A DNA stretch of 64,000 bases from an uncultured Ruminococcus sp. GTDB lineage: Bacteria > Bacillota > Clostridia > Oscillospirales > Acutalibacteraceae. Positions 10,066 to 15,995 of the stretch are shown here, one piece after another (positions within the stretch are counted from its first letter, which is position 1; every line of letters starts with the position of its first letter). The DNA lies in NCBI GenBank assembly GCA_902802105.1, contig CADCKR010000013.1, positions 892 through 64,891 of the forward strand. The letters run 5' to 3'. The translations under genes were made by a program, and so were the position numbers. The notes beneath the pieces were generated by a model. That model did no database searches, was not told the DNA's origin, and saw only the letters and a program-made list of their open reading frames with translations.

Positions 10066-10767
10066 ATGAGCAGGGCGGATGATTTTCTTGACAAATACAA
10101 GACGTTGGAGGAAGAGCTTTCGGAGAAATACAACTATGACGAAAAAACCGGCAGTCCTGTAATGAGGTTCATCACAGACAAGGAGGGCAAGCCCTTCCGT
10201 GAAAAGCTCAATATGTGCCGTGAGGTAAGGAACTTTCTTTCTCATCACGCAGAAATAGACGGAGAGCCTCTTGTGGAGCCGTCCGAGGGAATGATACGTT
10301 TTCTTGACGAGGTAACTGACTATGTGTGCAGGCCGCCTCTTGCGATATCCTATTCCACGCTTTTTGCGGATATCCTGAAAGCAGGCTCCAAAAACAAGGC
10401 CATGACTGTTATGAAGAAAATGCAGAAGCTCGGCTTCTCTCATGTTCCTGTTATCGACAGCGGCACTTTCACAGGGGTTTTCAGCATCGGTACGTTTTTC
10501 AGCTATGCTTTGCGCTACGGAATGGGTGCGCTGAATAATGATATGCTGATCGAGGATTTTATGGAGTTTCTTCCTCCCGACAAGCACGAGAGCGAAAGGT
10601 TCGTTTTTATGCCCAAGACCGCTACCCTCTTTGAAGTCAAGAACGAATTTGAGAACCGCACAGGGCATAACAAGCGTCTTGCTGTTATTTTCCTGACAGA
10701 CAACGGCTCTATAAACGGCAGGATACTCGGTATGCTTACACCGTGGGATGTCGTCAACGAAAGGTAG
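10066..10767 (+). CDS. helical N-terminal domain with Rx4H (HEPN-like) motif fused to a CBS-domain pair
   Basis: AAGGAGGG RBS; N-terminal ~95 aa contain CREVRNFLSHH; C-terminal ~130 aa look like tandem CBS (..MKKMQKLGFSHVPVID..; ..AVIFLTDNGSINGRILGMLTPWDVV). Confidence 0.6.
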   Translation: MSRADDFLDKYKTLEEELSEKYNYDEKTGSPVMRFITDKEGKPFREKLNMCREVRNFLSHHAEIDGEPLVEPSEGMIRFLDEVTDYVCRPPLAISYSTLFADILKAGSKNKAMTVMKKMQKLGFSHVPVIDSGTFTGVFSIGTFFSYALRYGMGALNNDMLIEDFMEFLPPDKHESERFVFMPKTATLFEVKNEFENRTGHNKRLAVIFLTDNGSINGRILGMLTPWDVVNER

Positions 10768-10781
10768 GGTGATCCGTAGGT

Positions 10782-11861
10782 ATGAGCGAAAGGAAAAAGG
10801 TGCTTGCGGCTATGAGCGGCGGCGTTGACAGCTCGGTGGCTGCCGCGCTGCTTTTGAAGGAATATGATGTTATCGGCGCTACAATGAAGCTCTTTGCAAA
10901 TGACGATATAAACCTCAGCCGTGACAAGACCTGCTGTTCCCTTGACGATGTTGAAGATGCAAGATTTGTTGCTCACAGGCTCGGATTCGATCATTATGTA
11001 TTTCAATTCGGAGAGCGTTTCCGTGAATGTGTCATTGACCGTTTCTGCAATGCTTATATAAACGGAATGACGCCTAACCCGTGTATTGACTGCAACCGTT
11101 TTATGAAGTTTGACGCTCTGCTGAAAAGGGCGCAGGTGCTTGGATGCGATTATATTGCCACCGGCCACTATGTACGCCGCCGTTTTGACGAAGGAACCGG
11201 ACGTTTTCAGCTCCTTGCAGGAAAGGATGCATCAAAGGATCAGAGCTATGTTCTCTACGGAATGACACAGGATCAGCTTGCGCATACGCTTTTCCCTGTA
11301 GGCGAGCTGACGAAAGCCGAAACACGCAGTATTGCTTCTGAGCTTGGGCTTATAAATGCATCAAAGCCCGACAGTCAGGATATCTGCTTTGTGCCGGACG
11401 GCGACTATGCCGCTTTTATTGAATCCTATACCGGCAAAAGCTTTCCGCAGGGAAATTATATTGACAAAAACGGTGCTGTACTTGGCGAGCACAGCGGCAT
11501 AATACGCTACACCATAGGTCAGCGTAAAGGTCTTGGCATTGCTCTCGGCAAGCCTGCCTATGTTATCGCTAAGGACACAGCGGCCAATACTGTAACCTTA
11601 GGAAGCAACGAAGAGCTTTTTGCAGACACAGTGTTTGCAGATGAAGTGAACTGGCTTTCTTTACCGTTTACCGATAAGCCGCTCAGGGTTGAAGCAAAGG
11701 TTCGCTACAACATGAAGGCGCAGCCTGCAACGCTCTATCCTATATCTGACAACTCAATAAAGGTCGTGTTTGATACTGCTCAGAGGGCAATAACTCCCGG
11801 TCAGGCTCTTGTCTGCTACACAGACTCACTCCTCATCTGCGGCGGTACGATCAGCACATAA
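10782..11861 (+). CDS. mnmA: tRNA-specific 2-thiouridylase
   Basis: AAMSGGVDSSVAA PP-loop, NPCIDCNR, DQSYVL motifs. Confidence 0.95.
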   Translation: MSERKKVLAAMSGGVDSSVAAALLLKEYDVIGATMKLFANDDINLSRDKTCCSLDDVEDARFVAHRLGFDHYVFQFGERFRECVIDRFCNAYINGMTPNPCIDCNRFMKFDALLKRAQVLGCDYIATGHYVRRRFDEGTGRFQLLAGKDASKDQSYVLYGMTQDQLAHTLFPVGELTKAETRSIASELGLINASKPDSQDICFVPDGDYAAFIESYTGKSFPQGNYIDKNGAVLGEHSGIIRYTIGQRKGLGIALGKPAYVIAKDTAANTVTLGSNEELFADTVFADEVNWLSLPFTDKPLRVEAKVRYNMKAQPATLYPISDNSIKVVFDTAQRAITPGQALVCYTDSLLICGGTIST

Positions 11862-11865
11862 AGCT

Positions 11866-11906
11866 CAAGGGAGCGGCACAGATTCTGCGCTGCTCCCTTG
11901 AATTTT
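11866..11906 (+). terminator. rho-independent terminator after mnmA
   Basis: CAAGGGAGC (11866-11874) / GCTCCCTTG (11892-11900) stem, then AATTTT. Confidence 0.75.
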
Positions 11907-12436
11907 ATGCGAAAACAGAAGCTTTAAAACAAAATTATGTCGAAATATGTCAAATTTGTAACCTGAGTAATAAATATTAACAGGTAATTTATAAAAATGT
12001 TGAGCTTTTATGAGCTATTTGACAACAGATAATAATTTATCTCAGAAAACGCGATAAACAAGCCGCTCATGGAATTATTTGTGAAAAATAATTATTTGAA
12101 ACTGCCGATTATTGTGACGACAGTTCATGCAAAACGCACTTTACAGGGCTATCCGGCAAGAACGAACCAATAAATTTCCAATTCGCAAAAAGCCTTTATT
12201 TATCGGTGTTTTCAAGCAAATATGAGATTATATGTGAATGATACGTGATAAAAACAGTATTGAAAACTATCTGTAACAAGTTTGTAATAAAAGTTTTTGC
12301 TAATTGCACATAAGTCGGGAATCATAATTCTTGTCCAGAAAAATAATCCTTTAAAAAGTGCAATTAAGTTGCGCTATAGATACAGATAGCCGAGCAATCG
12401 TTGTAAGATATGCACAAAAAATTGTATTTGTTTTTT

Positions 12437-12465
12437 TTGACAATCACGAAGAAATGGTTTATAAT
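12437..12465 (+). promoter_or_regulatory. sigma-70-type consensus promoter
   Basis: TTGACA (12437-12442), 17-nt spacer, TATAAT (12460-12465); ~70-nt leader with ACCCGCT/AGCGGGT hairpin before ATG 12541. Confidence 0.7.
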
Positions 12466-12540
12466 AGCACCATTAACAGAAAACCACCCGCTAAACCGAA
12501 AAGGTTACAAACAATTACAGCGGGTAAGTCGAAGGAGATA

Positions 12541-13740
12541 ATGATAATGAAAGAACAGAAGAACAACCACAGCGCAGGCTTCAAAAAGGCAATAGCAGTA
12601 GTTCTCATGGGAGCTATATGCATGACTGCGGCCGTATCTGTCGGTTCTTTAACAAAGAATGTAACCGTAACAGACGGCAATGAAAAAGTTTCTATAGATA
12701 CAATAAACCCCGATACAGATGCTATCCTTTCAAAGACAGGCGTTGAGCTTGGCGAAAACGACAAGCTTGTACGCACAGACGACGGCAAGAACGGCGTTAA
12801 CATCTCAATCATCAGAGCATTTGACGTTGAGTCTTCCGACGGCAGCACAGCTGTTGTTGATGAAAGCTCAGTTGCAGATTCACTGCTTTCAGCAGGAATG
12901 ACGCTCAGCGAGAACGATTCATTCTCACTTGCTCAGGCGATCGAGTCTATCGGCGCAGAAACAGAGGTCAAGCTTGCACGCTTCCAGATCACTGTTGACG
13001 TAAGAGGCGAGAAGGTAACAAAGTATGTTCCCGCAGGCACAGTCAAAAGCGCACTTGAGTTTCTTGGCGTTGAGCTTAACGACAACGACATTGTAAGCGT
13101 TGACATAAACACAAACGTCAAGGAAGGCCTTGAGGTCGAGATCAAGAATGTTGAGGTCAAGACAGTTACAAAGACAGAGACCATCGACTACGAGACCATA
13201 TATAAAGACAGCGATGATCTTTATGTCGGCACAACAGAGACAGAGACCTACGGCGTCGAGGGTGAGCGCACGATCGTTACTGAAGAGAAGTATGTAAACG
13301 GTGTGCTTGAGTCATCAGAGGAGATCAGCAGCGAGGTAACAAAGGAGCCTGTTGATGCAGTTATCCTCAACGGCACCAAGGAACAGGAGACAGCTTCCTC
13401 CAGCATCTCATACGATTATACATATCCGGGTGACGGACATCTTACAAATATGAGCGGCATCTATTATGGTCCTTCAGGTCTTGAAACATACTACAACCTG
13501 CCTATGGAGGGTGTAGTCGGTGTTATGAGAAACCTTGGCTATGATGAAGTCAACTATCCCTATTGGGTAAGAGATGACGGCTGCAAGATGCTCGGCAACT
13601 ATATCATGGTCGCTGCTGACTACAGCATCAGACCGAGAGGAACTATCGTTCCCACTTCACTTGGCGCAGGCATCGTTTGCGACACAGGCGGATTCATCTA
13701 CAACAATCCTCTTCAGCTTGATATTGCTACTGCATGGTGA
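12541..13740 (+). CDS. membrane-anchored DUF348-repeat / G5 / 3D-domain protein (YabE/RpfB-like cell-wall protein)
   Basis: ORF 12358-13740; ATG 12541 after GAAGGAG; N-terminal TM anchor, three VTV.DG....I.T-type repeats, G5-like block (TETIDYETIY..GVEGERTIVTEEKYVNG) and a C-terminal 3D-like domain. Confidence 0.8.
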   Translation: MIMKEQKNNHSAGFKKAIAVVLMGAICMTAAVSVGSLTKNVTVTDGNEKVSIDTINPDTDAILSKTGVELGENDKLVRTDDGKNGVNISIIRAFDVESSDGSTAVVDESSVADSLLSAGMTLSENDSFSLAQAIESIGAETEVKLARFQITVDVRGEKVTKYVPAGTVKSALEFLGVELNDNDIVSVDINTNVKEGLEVEIKNVEVKTVTKTETIDYETIYKDSDDLYVGTTETETYGVEGERTIVTEEKYVNGVLESSEEISSEVTKEPVDAVILNGTKEQETASSSISYDYTYPGDGHLTNMSGIYYGPSGLETYYNLPMEGVVGVMRNLGYDEVNYPYWVRDDGCKMLGNYIMVAADYSIRPRGTIVPTSLGAGIVCDTGGFIYNNPLQLDIATAW

Positions 13741-13788
13741 TCCGGCAGTGAAGATATTCTGTTGACTGGCTGACAGAGCGTTATTGCT

Positions 13789-13820
13789 CAGCGGACATCT
13801 TCGGGTGTCCGCTGTTTTTT
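13789..13820 (+). terminator. rho-independent terminator
   Basis: AGCGGACA / TGTCCGCT stem followed by TTTTTT (13815-13820). Confidence 0.8.
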
Positions 13821-13871
13821 GTCAAACGGCATTTTCCGATAAATATTGACAAATATTCAAGATTTGTCTTC

Positions 13872-13906
13872 TTATACTTGCTTTTTTTATCAATAACAAG
13901 TATAAT
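13872..13906 (+). promoter_or_regulatory. promoter overlapped by a perfect 9-bp inverted repeat
   Basis: TTGCTT (13878-13883), 17-nt spacer, TATAAT (13901-13906); inverted repeat TTATACTTG (13872-13880) / CAAGTATAA (13897-13905) brackets the -35 and -10. Confidence 0.55.
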
Positions 13907-13912
13907 AAATAT

Positions 13913-14242
13913 GTGCAATCATGTACAATGTCGGAAGGAGTGCTGTTTGTAATGCTGCTTGCTGTAATATCTGCGGCGGTTTGTCTTGCCGTTGCTACAA
14001 TGATGTATACACCGAAGATGAGAACATTCAGGTTTTACAGACCTGTTGCGTTTATTTTTCTGTTTGAAGGAATCTGGCTGCTGGCAGATTACATCGTCAG
14101 GCAGATATCACCCGACAGCACCTTTATGATGGTGATACACTATGTTGGGCTGATCGTACTTGGTGCATTCTTTATTCTCAGGATACTTTTCGAGTCAAAC
14201 GAAAATATCAAGGAAAAGATGATAAAGAAGAAAAAGAAATAA
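13913..14242 (+). CDS. small 3-TM membrane protein with Lys-rich tail (start uncertain: 13928 or 13952 possible)
   Basis: ORF track; hydrophobic segments; motif FEGIWLLADYIV shared with the next gene. Confidence 0.55.
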   Translation: MQSCTMSEGVLFVMLLAVISAAVCLAVATMMYTPKMRTFRFYRPVAFIFLFEGIWLLADYIVRQISPDSTFMMVIHYVGLIVLGAFFILRILFESNENIKEKMIKKKKK

Positions 14243-14255
14243 AGGAGTAAGTAAA

Positions 14256-14558
14256 ATGGGATATATTTATTCAGTGCTTTGGTTTCTGACCGCTGCGGTC
14301 CTCGTAGGCAGGTTCAGAAGAGAAAGTGCCGCAATATATGTTCTGTCTATTTATTTTGTGTATCTTGGTATCTGGTGGCTTTCCGATGAGATCGTTCCGG
14401 CTGATATGCTTGCAGGCAATTACGGATGGATCCTGAGGATAGTATCTGCTGCCGCCCTGATAATAACCCTTATTGTTTACTATGCGGATAAATCCCGCAG
14501 AGAAAAAATGTCCATCAATGACGCAGCCGAAGAGCAAACGGCTGCAAACGGTCGGTAA
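14256..14558 (+). CDS. small 3-TM membrane protein, paralog of the preceding gene
   Basis: AAAGGAG RBS; YLGIWWLSDEIV matches FEGIWLLADYIV of the 13913-14242 product. Confidence 0.6.
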   Translation: MGYIYSVLWFLTAAVLVGRFRRESAAIYVLSIYFVYLGIWWLSDEIVPADMLAGNYGWILRIVSAAALIITLIVYYADKSRREKMSINDAAEEQTAANGR

Positions 14559-14574
14559 AATCTATCAGCTGAGC

Positions 14575-14620
14575 AAAAGCCGGCAGACTGTGCAGTACAC
14601 ACGGTCTGTCGGCTTTTATA
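14575..14620. terminator. bidirectional terminator between convergent genes
   Basis: AAAAGCCGGCAGAC..GTCTGTCGGCTTTT hairpin flanked by an A-run and a T-run. Confidence 0.7.
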
Positions 14621-14643
14621 TTTATGAGCCTGCCATTCAAAGC

Positions 14644-15465
14644 TCAGCTGCCGCAGCAGCCGCAGTTTTTCTTGTCAGTCGGGATATTTGACGGGAAGAA
14701 CTCGTTTGTAGGGAACTCTATGCTGCTGAAAAGCTCACAGGGATCCTCTGAGCTTGAAACACATTCCTTATGCGGGATGCAGAAGTCGTATGCAGGAATG
14801 AGCATCTGCACGTTTCTTTCAAGCTGTACGATAGAGAACAGTCCGATCGAAACAAGCACCTGCTTGTCGGTCTCGGACGGTACGAATTCACCGCCGTAGC
14901 GGCGCATGATGCTTTCGGGTATCCTGTATTGCGGCATACACGGACAGGTGCGCTTGTCTGCAAGCTTTGCGCAAAGCGGTATCGGCTCGGCCACCTGAAC
15001 AACAGCCTTGGGGCAGCTTCTTGTTGCTGAGCGCTGACCGTCAGGGCTGTCATCGCTGCATTCAGAGCTGAATATCTGTACGCTTCCGTCGCTTCCGAAG
15101 AGCACGGCTCTCTTGGAGAATATCGCAAGACCCTTGAGCTGCATCGGCAGGGCGTTGGGCGCCATGAATACATCCAGGCATACATCAAAATAGAATGTCA
15201 TGTCTACAGCATAGAAGCCCTTATTAAAGGGGATCGACTGTAAACCGATAGATACGGTGCTCACGCTGACATCGTTAAGTCTGACAGAAGCAGCCTTGTC
15301 GATCATGCACTGTCCGGGCTTGGTGAGAAGCAGCGGAAGGTCTTCAAGGCAATCTTTGTCAGAACAGGAATCGTATATCCGTGAAGCGTTAATGCAAACG
15401 GCTTCCTTTATTTTATCGCTGGGATAGCAATCTTCGCAGCCGTTGCAGAGAACATTTTCTGGCAT
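14644..15465 (-). CDS. cysteine-rich hypothetical protein (faint resemblance to CotY/CotZ-type spore-surface proteins)
   Basis: AAGGAGG RBS; 273 aa; CNGCEDC near the N-terminus, many Cys throughout, C-terminal NCGCCGS. Confidence 0.7.
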   Translation of the reverse strand: MPENVLCNGCEDCYPSDKIKEAVCINASRIYDSCSDKDCLEDLPLLLTKPGQCMIDKAASVRLNDVSVSTVSIGLQSIPFNKGFYAVDMTFYFDVCLDVFMAPNALPMQLKGLAIFSKRAVLFGSDGSVQIFSSECSDDSPDGQRSATRSCPKAVVQVAEPIPLCAKLADKRTCPCMPQYRIPESIMRRYGGEFVPSETDKQVLVSIGLFSIVQLERNVQMLIPAYDFCIPHKECVSSSEDPCELFSSIEFPTNEFFPSNIPTDKKNCGCCGS

Positions 15466-15524
15466 TACATTTTCCTCCTTGTTGGTGCGTATACCATATA
15501 CTATGCATCAAACAAAAAAATGTG

Positions 15525-15562
15525 CCGAACGAAAACGAGGGGACTTTCAAATGAAAATCCCC
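15525..15562 (-). terminator. possible minus-strand terminator
   Basis: Minus strand: GGGGAUUUUC-AUUU-GAAAGUCCCC hairpin followed by UCGUUUUCGUU. Confidence 0.4.
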
Positions 15563-15578
15563 CGACTGCCGCAAAATT

Positions 15579-15607
15579 TTGAAAATTGATTTCCGTGCTG
15601 CTATAAT
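15579..15607 (+). promoter_or_regulatory. near-consensus plus-strand promoter with no downstream gene
   Basis: TTGAAA (15579-15584), 17-nt spacer, TATAAT (15602-15607). Confidence 0.45.
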
Positions 15608-15609
15608 AT

Positions 15610-15645
15610 GCGGGCGGATGGCTCTGCGTCCATCCGCCCGTTTTT
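15610..15645 (+). terminator. GC-rich hairpin with a T-run in plus-strand orientation
   Basis: CGGGCGGATGG (15611-15621) / CCATCCGCCCG (15630-15640), then TTTTT (15641-15645). Confidence 0.6.
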
Positions 15646-15656
15646 ATACGCTCCTG

Positions 15657-15926
15657 TTAATATGAATAATTCTCGTACTCGAATGCGTCTGCATCCTCAT
15701 CGTTGGGGTCTGTCCTGCCGCGATGAACATACTGCTCAGTTATCTTTTCAAGCTCGGATATCGCCTGCATAAGCTCGCTGCGGCAGTCGCCGGACAGATC
15801 GTTCCGTTTGTCAAGCAGCTCGATCTGTGTTATGCAGGTGAGATAACGGTTGATCTGGTTAGGGCCGTAGTCTCTCTTTGCATTTTCTCTCATTTCGTTA
15901 AGCTGCTGATCTGTAAAATACCTCAT
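15657..15926 (-). CDS. small acidic hypothetical protein (89 aa from ATG 15926; ORF extends to GTG 15935)
   Basis: GAGGTGA RBS 5-6 nt before ATG 15926; no recognisable motifs. Confidence 0.55.
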   Translation of the reverse strand: MRYFTDQQLNEMRENAKRDYGPNQINRYLTCITQIELLDKRNDLSGDCRSELMQAISELEKITEQYVHRGRTDPNDEDADAFEYENYSY

Positions 15927-15944
15927 GCTGATCACCTCGTAAAA

Positions 15945-15975
15945 TCAAAAAGCGACAGGAAAGCTCCTGCCGCTT
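15945..15975 (-). terminator. rho-independent terminator after the 880-aa gene
   Basis: Minus strand AGCGGCAGGA-GCUU-UCCUGUCGCU followed by UUUUUG. Confidence 0.6.
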
Positions 15976-15995
15976 TAATGGTCTTTATGTCAGAC

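Noticed and set aside
12466-12540. c-di-AMP (ydaO-type) riboswitch upstream of the G5/3D cell-wall gene
   Set aside because: The leader from the consensus promoter is only ~70 nt with one simple hairpin. It is too short and lacks the pseudo-symmetric ydaO motifs.
12358-12540. N-terminal extension of the G5/3D ORF (start at 12358)
   Set aside because: The extension covers the consensus promoter itself and has no RBS. ATG 12541 has GAAGGAG and yields a normal signal-anchor N-terminus.
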